Source: Gemmatimonadales bacterium
Lineage (GTDB): Bacteria > Gemmatimonadota > Gemmatimonadetes > Gemmatimonadales > GWC2-71-9
NCBI GenBank assembly: GCA_050733195.1
Contig: JBOHSH010000017.1
Coordinates: 7,984 to 71,983 of the forward strand
DNA: 64,000 nt
Reading direction: 5' to 3'
Notes under the pieces: generated by a model
What the model was told of the DNA's origin: nothing
What the model saw: only the letters and a program-made list of their open reading frames with translations
Database searches by the model: none
Shown: positions 27,963 through 36,056 of the stretch, one piece after another
Layout: every line of letters begins with the position of its first letter
Position numbering within the stretch: the stretch's first letter is position 1
Translations under genes and position numbers: made by a program

Positions 27963-28621
27963 CGGAAGCCGGCCGCGGCCCGGCTGTCATCCAGATCGAG
28001 GGGGAACCGCTCCTCGCGGGCGAGTCGCGCCGCCAGGGCGTCGAACGCCTCGTCGGGGTCGTAGTCGGCATAGCGGCCCCGCGCACGCTTCTTCTCCAGC
28101 CACTCCCCGAACCCCGACTCGACCACGCCGGACGAGGTCTGCCGGGTCCGCGCCGCCTTCACGGCGAGATCGTTGGCGTACTCGTTCTTCGGATGGCCGG
28201 CGTGCCCGCGCACCCAGGCGAACTGGGCGTCATGGAGCGTGAGCGAAAAATGCAGCACTTTCCAGAGGTCGAGGTTTTCGATCTCCCCTCCCTTCCGCTT
28301 CCACCCGCGGACCACCCAGCCGGGCAGCCACTCGCGGACGCCGCGCACCAGATACTCCGAGTCCGAGACCACCAGCAGCCGCAGCCGGTTGCCCTTGGCG
28401 GCGAGGAGCTGCAGCACGCCGATGGCGCCCGCGAGGGCCATCTTGTTGTTCGTGGTGTCGGGAGCGTGGACGAAGAAATCCCGCCGCTCGATACCGCTTC
28501 GCACCCGGACCTCGACGAGCCCGCCTCCGCCGCCGGGCGTCGACCCGTCGAGCCCGTTGCCCAGGCAGCTCTCGTCGAGATGCGTCACCGCAATCGGGGG
28601 GACGCGGCGGGCGGGGCTCAC
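27959..28621 (-). CDS. rnhA: ribonuclease HI with C-terminal extension
   Basis: Motifs DESCLGNG, NNKMALAGAI, VVSDSEYLVRG and VRGHAGHPKNEYANDLA. GTG start in a GTGA overlap with the upstream small ORF. Confidence 0.8.
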   Translation of the reverse strand: MSPARRVPPIAVTHLDESCLGNGLDGSTPGGGGGLVEVRVRSGIERRDFFVHAPDTTNNKMALAGAIGVLQLLAAKGNRLRLLVVSDSEYLVRGVREWLPGWVVRGWKRKGGEIENLDLWKVLHFSLTLHDAQFAWVRGHAGHPKNEYANDLAVKAARTRQTSSGVVESGFGEWLEKKRARGRYADYDPDEAFDALAARLAREERFPLDLDDSRAAAGFR

Positions 28622-28842
28622 GCGATCACCTCGAAGCCGTCGACGTCTTCCAGGTCGAACCGCAGCTCCTCGCCCGTCATCGGGAGGTAGCCGACGAGGG
28701 TTTCCCGCCGGTCGACGGCCACGATCCGGCGCGCCTCCACGACGTACTCCGTGCCGCGGCGGAGGATCATCACCCGCCGCCGGTCGCGGGCGGCGCGCTC
28801 GAGCTGATCCATGCGCGCCGGAGTCCAGCGAAACGATCCCAT
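28618..28842 (-). CDS. small hypothetical protein (74 aa)
   Basis: It fits exactly between selD and rnhA, with a GTGA overlap to rnhA. I recognise no motif. Confidence 0.45.
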   Translation of the reverse strand: MGSFRWTPARMDQLERAARDRRRVMILRRGTEYVVEARRIVAVDRRETLVGYLPMTGEELRFDLEDVDGFEVIA

Positions 28843-28856
28843 GCCTTCTCCGGAGG

Positions 28857-29927
28857 TCAGGCCGCCGACCGCACGACCCGGAGGACATTCGCGTCCGCGG
28901 TGATCTCGCCGATCTCGGCCGCCGCCGGGGTTGCCTCCGCGCGCAGCGCGGCGAGGAGCCCCGGCGCGGCGTCGGCGGGCACGGCGAGCAACAGCCCGCC
29001 CGAGGTCTGGGCGTCGGCGACGAGGAGGCGCTCCGCGTCACCGACATCCTCGTCGAACCGCACGAAGGTCGCGGCTTCGAGATTCCGCTTCGTCCCGCCG
29101 GGCACCACTGCTCGGGAGGCGAGCTCGAGGACGCCGGCAAACACCGGCAGCCGGTCCACCGCGATGCGCGCCCCGACGCCACTCGCGGTGAGCATGTTCC
29201 CGAGATGGCCCAGGAGCCCGAACCCGGTGACGTCCGTGGCCGACCGCACGCCGTGCGCGAGCGCGACCCACGCCGCGCCCGCATTGAGGGTCGTCATGCT
29301 GCGCACCGCGTCGCGGATCTCCGGTTCATCCACCAGACCTCGCTTGAGCGCCGTGGTCAGGATGCCCGTGCCGAGCGGCTTGGTGAGCACCAGCCGGTCG
29401 CCCGGGCGGGCCGCGGCGACCGTGAGGAGCCGGTCGGGGTGGGCTTCCCCGATCACCGCGAGGCCGAACTTGGGCTCGGCGTCGTCGATCGAGTGCCCGC
29501 CCAGCATGAGGCATCCCGCCCGGCGCGTGACCTCCACCGCGCCGCGGAGCACCTCGCCCAGGAGCTCGAACGGCAGCTGCTCCCGCGGCCAGCCCACCAG
29601 GTTCAGCGCGAAGAGCGGCCGTGCCCCCATGGCATACACGTCCGACAGCGCGTTGGCCGCGGCGATCGCCCCCCAGTCGGCGGCGTCGTCGACGATCGGG
29701 GTGAAGAAGTCCACCGTGGCCACGAGCGCCCGGTCGGGGGCGACACGATATACTGCCGCGTCGTCGCGCGTGGCGGCGTCGACGAGGACATTCGCATCCT
29801 CGATCCGCGGCAGGTGACGCAGGACCTGCGTCAGCTCGGCACTTCCGAGTTTGCAGGCTCAACCCGCGCCGTGCGAATATGAGGTCAGCCGGACGCGGGC
29901 CCGTTCGTTCATCGCTGGCTCGGACAT
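28857..29927 (-). CDS. selD: selenide, water dikinase (selenophosphate synthetase) with in-frame UGA = selenocysteine
   Basis: Reading the minus strand past the ORF-track start gives MSEPAMNERARVRLTSYSHGAG-TGA-ACKLGSAELTQVLRHLP...DDAAVYRV...VATVDFFTPIVDD. The TGA (29859-29861) sits where the catalytic Cys/Sec lies in SelD (E. coli YSHGAGCGCKI). The total is 356 codons. Confidence 0.88.
29825..29857 (-). promoter_or_regulatory. SECIS-like hairpin immediately 3' of the selD UGA
   Basis: mRNA reads UGA-G-CCUGC-AAA-CUCGG-AAGUG-CCGAG-CUGAC-GCAGG. Two perfect 5-bp helices are separated by an internal loop. The apical loop contains GU and starts 17 nt after the UGA. Confidence 0.6.
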
Positions 29928-29944
29928 CGTTCCCCGGAGTTCAG

Positions 29945-30649
29945 GTGACGGGTTTGATCCCTCTCGGCACGGCGCTCGTGCTCGGCGTCGTCCACGCGCT
30001 GGAGCTCGACCACATGGTGGCCGTCACGGCATTCGTGTCGCACCGCCCCACGCCGCTCGCCGCGCTCCGGTTCGGAGCGCGCTGGGGGCTCGGGCACTCG
30101 GCCGCCGTGCTCCTCCTCGGCGGGGCGGCTCTGGTCGCGGACTTCCGGATCCCCGCCGGAGCCGAGCAGGGGCTCGAAGCGGTCGTGGGCGCGGCCCTCA
30201 TCGGAGTCGGTTTCTGGTCGCTCCGCGCGACCCGCAACTTACACTTGCACGCCCCGGACGAGCACGGGGATCACGCCCATCTTCACCTGCACGCGAAGGC
30301 CGCCCCGGGCCACGTCCATCCGCACGGCGCGGATGCCGCCCATCCCCCCCACCATCACCCAAAAGGCATCGGGACCGTCGGGCTGATACACGGGCTCGCC
30401 GGGACGAGCGCGGCCGTCGCCCTCCTTCCGGTGACCCTCGGGCCAAGCCTCGGCTTCGGGCTGGCTTACCTGGGAACATTCGGGGTGGGAGTCATCGCCG
30501 GGATGTCGGCGTTCGCCTTTCTCACGGCCCTGGCGATGCGGACGGCACGCCAGCGCTCCGTGGCCATCGGGCGCCGGATCGCCGGGAGCGCAGGCTGGGC
30601 GAGCGTCGCGGTCGGCGCGGTCTGGCTGGTCGGAGCCTTCGGGAGATAA
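29945..30649 (+). CDS. nickel/cobalt-transporter-superfamily membrane protein with His-rich loop
   Basis: An HX4DH signature (HALELDHM) lies in the first TM region. The central loop is HLHAPDEHGDHAHLHLHAKAAPGHVHPHGADAAHPPHHHP. I chose GTG 29945 as start to avoid overlapping selD. Confidence 0.6.
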   Translation: MTGLIPLGTALVLGVVHALELDHMVAVTAFVSHRPTPLAALRFGARWGLGHSAAVLLLGGAALVADFRIPAGAEQGLEAVVGAALIGVGFWSLRATRNLHLHAPDEHGDHAHLHLHAKAAPGHVHPHGADAAHPPHHHPKGIGTVGLIHGLAGTSAAVALLPVTLGPSLGFGLAYLGTFGVGVIAGMSAFAFLTALAMRTARQRSVAIGRRIAGSAGWASVAVGAVWLVGAFGR

Positions 30650-30652
30650 GCG

Positions 30653-30681
30653 AAAACGCCCCGCGATGAGCGGGGCGTTTT
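30653..30681. terminator. bidirectional rho-independent terminator
   Basis: aaaacgccccgc-gatga-gcggggcgtttt forms a perfect 12-bp stem with A/T runs on both sides. It lies between the convergent stops at 30649 and 30699. Confidence 0.85.
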
Positions 30682-30698
30682 CAGCTCGAGCCGCGGGC

Positions 30699-31091
30699 TC
30701 AGCGGCGGCGCCGGGCCGCCTTCTTCTTCGCGGGACGCCGCTTGGCGGCCGCGCGACTCCTCGGCTTGGCCTTCTTCGCGGCCTTTCGCGCCGGCTTCCC
30801 GGCTCTCTTTCTCGCGGCCGGCCGGGCCGCCTTCTTGGCCGACTTCTTGGCGGCCTTCCGGGCCCCTGCCTTCTTCCCCGTGCTCTTCTTGGCGGCCGCC
30901 TTCTTCCGCGGCGCGGGAGTCGCCGCTCGCGGGGTGGGAGCCTTGGCCATCGGCTTCGGAGCCACCGGAGTCATCGCGGGCGGCGGAGGCGGCGGGGACG
31001 GGGGCGGGGGCGGTGGGGGAGAGGAGCTCGGCATGGGATCCATCCAACCGGAACCGGACCACCCCATTTCCATGCTGCGTAACACGGCCAT
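30699..31091 (-). CDS. histone H1-like Lys/Ala-rich basic protein with poly-Pro segment
   Basis: MAVLRSMEMGWSGSGWMDPMPSSSPPPPPPPSPPPPPPAM... is followed by ~80 aa of KKAAAKK/AARKAAKK repeats. GGGAGG lies 5 nt upstream of ATG 31091. Confidence 0.65.
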   Translation of the reverse strand: MAVLRSMEMGWSGSGWMDPMPSSSPPPPPPPSPPPPPPAMTPVAPKPMAKAPTPRAATPAPRKKAAAKKSTGKKAGARKAAKKSAKKAARPAARKRAGKPARKAAKKAKPRSRAAAKRRPAKKKAARRRR

Positions 31092-31217
31092 GCTGGCCTC
31101 CCAGGGGTCGATGGCGGCAGGTCCCGCCGCGAACGGGTGAGGCGCCCGCGCGCCTCTCGCTGATGAGCGGATATATCTTGCACAACTTCCACGCATCTGC
31201 AAGGCGGAAAACTCGCG

Positions 31218-32261
31218 ATGCGGGCCCTCGCCCTGACCAAGCACGGCGGAATTGGCGATCTGGCCGTCCTCGACCTCCCCGCTCCTGCCGTCACGGGCCC
31301 CGATGACGTCCTGGTCCGGGTCCAGGCCGCCGCGATCAACCACCTGGATCTCTTCCTCCTCCCCGGCCTCAAGGGCGTGTCGGTGACCTTTCCTCATATA
31401 GTGGGGACTGACGGAGCCGGCGTCGTGGAGGCGGTGGGATCCGCCGTCGAGACCGTCAAACCCGGTGATCGCGTCCTCATTAATCCCGGTATCTCCTGCG
31501 GGAACTGCCCGACCTGCCACCGGGGCGAGGACACCTTCTGCCAGGACTTCGGCATTCTCGGGGAGCACCGCGCCGGTACGGCAGCCGAGCTGATAAACGT
31601 TCCAGAAAGGAACGTAGCCCGGTTGACGGCCGACATGCCGTGGGATCTGGCGGCAGCCTTCCCGCTCGCTACCGTCACCGCCTGGCGCATGCTGGCAACG
31701 CGAGCCCGACTGGCGGCCGGCGAGACCGTGCTCATCTGGGGCGTGGGCGGAGGCGTCTCGCTCGCGGCGCTCCAGATCGCCAGGCATCTTGGGGGCCGCG
31801 TCGTCGCGACGAGCTCCACGACCCGGAAGCTCGACAAGGCGAGGGAGCTCGGCGCCGATGCCTGCTTCAACCACCGGGAGCAGACGCCGGACGAGATCGC
31901 GCGGGCGGTGCGGAAGCTCACCGGGAACGGTGCGGACGTGGTGGTGGATTCCGTGGGTGAGCGCACCTGGGACGCGTCGCTCAAGGCGCTCAGGCCGGGC
32001 GGCCGGCTGGTGACCTGTGGAGCAACAACGGGTCCGAACGTGTCGCTCGACCTGCGGCGGCTCTTCTGGTTCCAGTGGTCGCTGCTCGGGTCCACGATGG
32101 GGACGCGCACGGAATTCGCCCGGGTCGTGGAGCTCGCGAATCAGGGGAAGCTCTGGCCGGTGGTGGACTCGGTGTTTCCCCTCGAGCAAGGGCGGCAGGC
32201 GTACGAGCGGATGGAGCGCGGAGAACAACTGGGCAAACTCGTGATCGAGGTGACGCAGTGA
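31218..32261 (+). CDS. zinc-type alcohol dehydrogenase/quinone oxidoreductase (MDR family)
   Basis: Motifs GTDGAGVVEAVG, CGNCPTCHRGEDTFC and VLIWGVGGGVS (Rossmann). Confidence 0.88.
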   Translation: MRALALTKHGGIGDLAVLDLPAPAVTGPDDVLVRVQAAAINHLDLFLLPGLKGVSVTFPHIVGTDGAGVVEAVGSAVETVKPGDRVLINPGISCGNCPTCHRGEDTFCQDFGILGEHRAGTAAELINVPERNVARLTADMPWDLAAAFPLATVTAWRMLATRARLAAGETVLIWGVGGGVSLAALQIARHLGGRVVATSSTTRKLDKARELGADACFNHREQTPDEIARAVRKLTGNGADVVVDSVGERTWDASLKALRPGGRLVTCGATTGPNVSLDLRRLFWFQWSLLGSTMGTRTEFARVVELANQGKLWPVVDSVFPLEQGRQAYERMERGEQLGKLVIEVTQ

Positions 32262-33070
32262 ACGAGCTCTGGCAGCGGCTGGTCATCGGAGCTGAGCAGC
32301 TTGGCGCGGTCCTCCCGTCGCTCCTGGGCGCGGCCGCGATTCTCCTGGCGGGCTACATCCTCGCCCGGACGCTGGAGCGCTGGACCGATGCCCTGCTCCG
32401 CCGTCTCAACTTCAACAAGATGGCCGAGCGGGGCGGCCTGTCGGAGGCCATGGGGCGCACCGGCACCCGCCTCGACCCGATTCACGCGGTGGGCAAGCTG
32501 CTCTTCTGGATGGTGATGCTGGTGGTAATTCTCCTCGCCAGCACGGCGCTCGGACTCGAGAGCATCAACGAGATGTTCGGGACGATGCTCTCGTATATCC
32601 CGACGCTCATCGCGGCCATCGTGATCGTGATCCTCGGCATGATCGTCGGCGAGTTCGTGCGGGGCATCGTCCTGGCGAGCGCCGGCGCGGTGGAGGGCGT
32701 TCCGGCGGTGGCGCGGATCGCCAAGGGGGCAGTGGTCGTGATCGCGGTGTTCATGGCCGTCCAGCAGCTCGGTGTCGCCGAGGAGATCGTGACCGCCGCC
32801 TTTACCCTGATCCTGGGCGCGCTGGCGCTTGGAGTGGGCCTCGCGTTCGGCCTCGGCAACCGCGAGCTGGCGGGGGAAGTCACCCGGCGGTGGTACGAGC
32901 GCGGCCGGTTGCGGCGGCGCCAGCGGCGGTTGCGCGAAGAGCGCTCCTCCCGGCAGGAGGACGGCGGCCGATGGGGACGCCGCGCCACCGATCGCCTGAC
33001 CGAGGCGGGGCCTCCCGCCCCGTCCGGGCCGGGAGGGGAGCGCTCGGTGGATCAGCTGGAGCTCCGCTAA
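32258..33070 (+). CDS. membrane protein with conserved TM-helix repeats (mechanosensitive-channel-associated type)
   Basis: GTG start in a GTGA overlap with the ADH stop. Hydrophobic helices repeat (LPSLLGAAAILLAGYILAR, IPTLIAAIVIVILGMIVGEF, AKGAVVVIAVFMAVQQLG), followed by a basic C-terminal tail. Confidence 0.5.
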   Translation: MNELWQRLVIGAEQLGAVLPSLLGAAAILLAGYILARTLERWTDALLRRLNFNKMAERGGLSEAMGRTGTRLDPIHAVGKLLFWMVMLVVILLASTALGLESINEMFGTMLSYIPTLIAAIVIVILGMIVGEFVRGIVLASAGAVEGVPAVARIAKGAVVVIAVFMAVQQLGVAEEIVTAAFTLILGALALGVGLAFGLGNRELAGEVTRRWYERGRLRRRQRRLREERSSRQEDGGRWGRRATDRLTEAGPPAPSGPGGERSVDQLELR

Positions 33071-33166
33071 GCCGACAGGGGCGGGAGAGCCCTTCGGGTT
33101 TTATCTTGAAAGGGCCTAGCGCGGTCCTGGGCCGGCAATTCGCATGTCTCGACAGGGGGTCTTCGG

Positions 33167-34348
33167 GTGGCAGGTACCTGTCCATCATTCCCTCCGGGTC
33201 ACGGAGCAGCCTTCCTCTCGGAGCTTAAGTCCGCGGTGGATCAGCACTTCGCGTCCCGCCAGGAGTCCACCAAGGGCTCCTTCCGAATGGTGGCCAAGAC
33301 CTTCGCCATCCTTGGGCTTCTGTTCGGGCCTTATGCGCTGATCCTCACGGGATGGTTCTCGGGGCCGGCCTCCCTGGCCCTGGCGGCGCTGTCGGGTCTC
33401 GGCATGGCGGGGATCGGCTTCTCGGTGGCCCATGACGCCCTGCACGGTGCCTACACGGGCAGCACCCGGGTGAATCGGTTCATCGGCATGTCGATGGATC
33501 TGATCGGCGGGAGCAGCTATCTCTGGCGCATCACGCACAACATCATCCACCACACCTACACGAACATTCACGGCACCGACGAAGACCTGGCGGTGTCGCC
33601 GCTCCTCCGCCTCTCGCCCCACGCGCCGAGACAGTGGTTTCACCGATACCAGCATCTCTACGCGCTGGCGCTGTACAGTATGACGACCCTGTTCTGGGTG
33701 TTCGTCAAGGACTACAAATACCTCTTCGCGCGGGACCTCGGGCCGTACAAGAACAAGCGGCATCCGGCCAAGGACGTCGCCGGGCTCGCCGCCGGGAAGG
33801 TGCTGTACTACGGGTGGTCCGTCGTCGTTCCGCTCGTCGTCCTGCCCTTCGCCTGGTGGCAGATCGTCCTCGGGATCCTGCTCGCGCACCTGGTCGCGGG
33901 CCTCACCCTCGGCATCGTCTTCCAGCTCGCGCACGTGGTGGAGGAGACGATGCACCCGGAGCCGGATGCCGAATTGCGGATGCCGGAGGACTGGCCGAGC
34001 CACGAGATGGCCACGACGGCCAACTTCGCCCCGCAGAACCGTCTCCTCACCTGGTACGTGGGCGGGCTCAACTACCAGGTCGAGCACCACCTGTTCCCGA
34101 AGGTGTGCAGCGAGCACTATCCGCGGCTGAGCCGGATCGTCCAGACGCTCGCGGCGCGTCACGGTCTGCCCTACCACGCGCACCGGACCTTCTTCGGCGC
34201 GGTGGGTTCTCACCTGCGAACCCTGCGCGCCTTCGGACGAACCGACGACCCGGTGATTCCCGCGACGCTACCCGCCCGCCCGCCCGACTCAGGGTCGCTG
34301 CAGGTTGCCCCAGGCGCGCTCGTCGGCAGCGAGGCCGAGCGCCAGTAA
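33167..34348 (+). CDS. membrane fatty-acid desaturase, front-end (delta-6-like) type without cytochrome b5
   Basis: Three His boxes are present: HDALHGAY, WRITHNIIHHTYTN and QVEHHLFP. Overall it is collinear with the cyanobacterial delta-6 desaturase as I recall it. Confidence 0.85.
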   Translation: MAGTCPSFPPGHGAAFLSELKSAVDQHFASRQESTKGSFRMVAKTFAILGLLFGPYALILTGWFSGPASLALAALSGLGMAGIGFSVAHDALHGAYTGSTRVNRFIGMSMDLIGGSSYLWRITHNIIHHTYTNIHGTDEDLAVSPLLRLSPHAPRQWFHRYQHLYALALYSMTTLFWVFVKDYKYLFARDLGPYKNKRHPAKDVAGLAAGKVLYYGWSVVVPLVVLPFAWWQIVLGILLAHLVAGLTLGIVFQLAHVVEETMHPEPDAELRMPEDWPSHEMATTANFAPQNRLLTWYVGGLNYQVEHHLFPKVCSEHYPRLSRIVQTLAARHGLPYHAHRTFFGAVGSHLRTLRAFGRTDDPVIPATLPARPPDSGSLQVAPGALVGSEAERQ

Positions 34349-34888
34349 CGCCTCCGAGACGCGATTGCGCAGCTGCACGCTCTTCGCGAACGCCTGCGCC
34401 AGATCTCCTGACTGAATGAGTGCCGTGATCCCCGGCCAGGCCGCCCTGGCCGAGTCGTGGATGTGCTTGACGCGCGCGACGCCTTCGGCATCGAGACCGC
34501 GAGGCCGGCGACCGCGTTCGGCCGCCTCGATCCTCACGTGGATCGAGTCGAGATTCCTGGGCATCGCCTGGGAGAGGGTCTCGAGCTCCTTCGCGAGGCT
34601 GTCCCGCCGGGCCGGCACCGCTGCCTGGACCTGCGCCGCGGCCGCCTGGACGTTCTTCGCGCCGGCGATGGCCCCCTCGTAGTTCTCCTCCGCGAACGCC
34701 GCTTTGGCGGTCGAGAGCGACCCGGTGAGCGGAGCCACCTGGTCCGGCACCACCTGGACCGCCTCCTGATTCAGGGCATTGACGGCGCTGTCCGCCCGTG
34801 CCAGCTCCGTCTCCGCAGTGCGCTTTTCGGTCTGGCACGCCAGGCCCGCGACTGCCAGTCCTGCGATGCACCATCGAATCGGCCGCAT
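34289..34888 (-). CDS. hypothetical lipoprotein (helical, Ala-rich)
   Basis: Start at MRPIRWCIAGLAVAGLAC (lipobox), with GGAGG 6 nt upstream. Its 3' end overlaps the convergent desaturase by 60 nt. Confidence 0.6.
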   Translation of the reverse strand: MRPIRWCIAGLAVAGLACQTEKRTAETELARADSAVNALNQEAVQVVPDQVAPLTGSLSTAKAAFAEENYEGAIAGAKNVQAAAAQVQAAVPARRDSLAKELETLSQAMPRNLDSIHVRIEAAERGRRPRGLDAEGVARVKHIHDSARAAWPGITALIQSGDLAQAFAKSVQLRNRVSEALLALGLAADERAWGNLQRP

Positions 34889-35066
34889 GGATCGCCTCCG
34901 GGATTCAGTGTCGGGGGGACCGAATTCTACACCCTCGGGCGCACCAGTCCGGGTCATGCTCCGGATGGGGCGGTCACCAGAATGAGTCACGCGGGGCAAG
35001 CCCGGCCGCCAGACCCGCTCCGGCAGCGCTTCCACGCGGGCGCGGAACCTGCCCTCCGGGTTCCCG

Positions 35067-36056
35067 ATGCGCAACGAACGTATCCTGGTCACCGGCGCCG
35101 CGGGATTCATCGGGAGCCATCTGGTCGACCGGCTTCTCGCCGACGGTGCGACCGTCGTCGGGGTGGACAACTTCGACCCGTTCTATTCCGCCGAAGAGAA
35201 GCGCGCCAATCTCGCGATGGCGTTCGAGCATCACCGGTTTCGTCTGATCGAAGCGGATTGCGCGGACCTTCCGGCGCTCGAGGCGAAGCTCGGCCGGGAG
35301 TCCTTCGACGCCGTCGTGCACCTCGCCGGAAAGGCGGGGGTCCGTCCCTCGCTGGCCGACCCGGCCGGGTATCTCCGGGCCAACGTGCTCGCCACGCAGT
35401 CGATACTGGAGCTTGCGACACGACGGGGCATTCAGCGGATCGTGTTCGGATCGTCGTCCTCCGTCTATGGGGACGCGGCACGCCTGCCCTTTTCGGAAGA
35501 CGATCGCACCGACGCGCCGGTGTCGCCGTATGCGGCCTCGAAGAAAGCGGCCGAGCTGCTCTGCGCCACGCACCACCACCTGTACGGGACCGGCATCGTG
35601 GCGCTCAGGTTCTTCACGGTCTACGGCCCGCGCCAGCGTCCCGACCTCGCGATCCGGAAGTTCGGCACGCTCATGCTGCAGGACGAGCCGATTCCGCTCT
35701 TCGGCAACGGCGCGACGGCCCGCGATTACACCTGGATCGACGACATCCAGGACGGCGTGGTCGCGGCCCTGGACCGCACCCGTGAGCATCCCGGAACGTT
35801 CGAGGTGATCAATCTCGGCGGCAGCCGCACCACGACGCTCGACCGGCTGGTCGAGCTCCTGGCCGGTGCGCTGCAGGTGGAGCCTCGCGTCGTCCGCCTT
35901 CCGCTGCAGCCGGGCGACGTGCTGCGAACCCATGCGGACGTCCGCCGGGCGCAGCGGCTGCTCGGCTACGATCCCCGCACGCCGATCGAGGACGGCATCC
36001 CGCGATTCGCCGATTGGCTGGTCGGGCATTCGGGCGCTCGCATCGCCGCCGGTTAG
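35067..36056 (+). CDS. NAD-dependent nucleotide-sugar epimerase/dehydratase (UDP-glucuronate 4-epimerase-like)
   Basis: Motifs GAAGFIGSHL and YAASKKAAE (YxxxK), with an SDR-extended fold pattern. Confidence 0.88.
   Translation: MRNERILVTGAAGFIGSHLVDRLLADGATVVGVDNFDPFYSAEEKRANLAMAFEHHRFRLIEADCADLPALEAKLGRESFDAVVHLAGKAGVRPSLADPAGYLRANVLATQSILELATRRGIQRIVFGSSSSVYGDAARLPFSEDDRTDAPVSPYAASKKAAELLCATHHHLYGTGIVALRFFTVYGPRQRPDLAIRKFGTLMLQDEPIPLFGNGATARDYTWIDDIQDGVVAALDRTREHPGTFEVINLGGSRTTTLDRLVELLAGALQVEPRVVRLPLQPGDVLRTHADVRRAQRLLGYDPRTPIEDGIPRFADWLVGHSGARIAAG

Noticed and set aside
29879-29944. ORF-track start (29879) for the HX4DH transporter, adding 22 N-terminal residues
   Set aside because: The extension (MRSAGRGPVRSSLARTSFPGVQ) would overlap the extended selD coding region on the opposite strand and is not hydrophobic. 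The GTG at 29945, directly before the first TM helix, is more plausible, though unproven.
31177-31203. Inverted repeat CTTGCA-N15-TGCAAG just upstream of the alcohol dehydrogenase RBS, as an operator
   Set aside because: It is a single 6-bp inverted repeat with no adjacent regulator gene and no second copy in the window. It could be chance, so it is recorded but not promoted to a finding.
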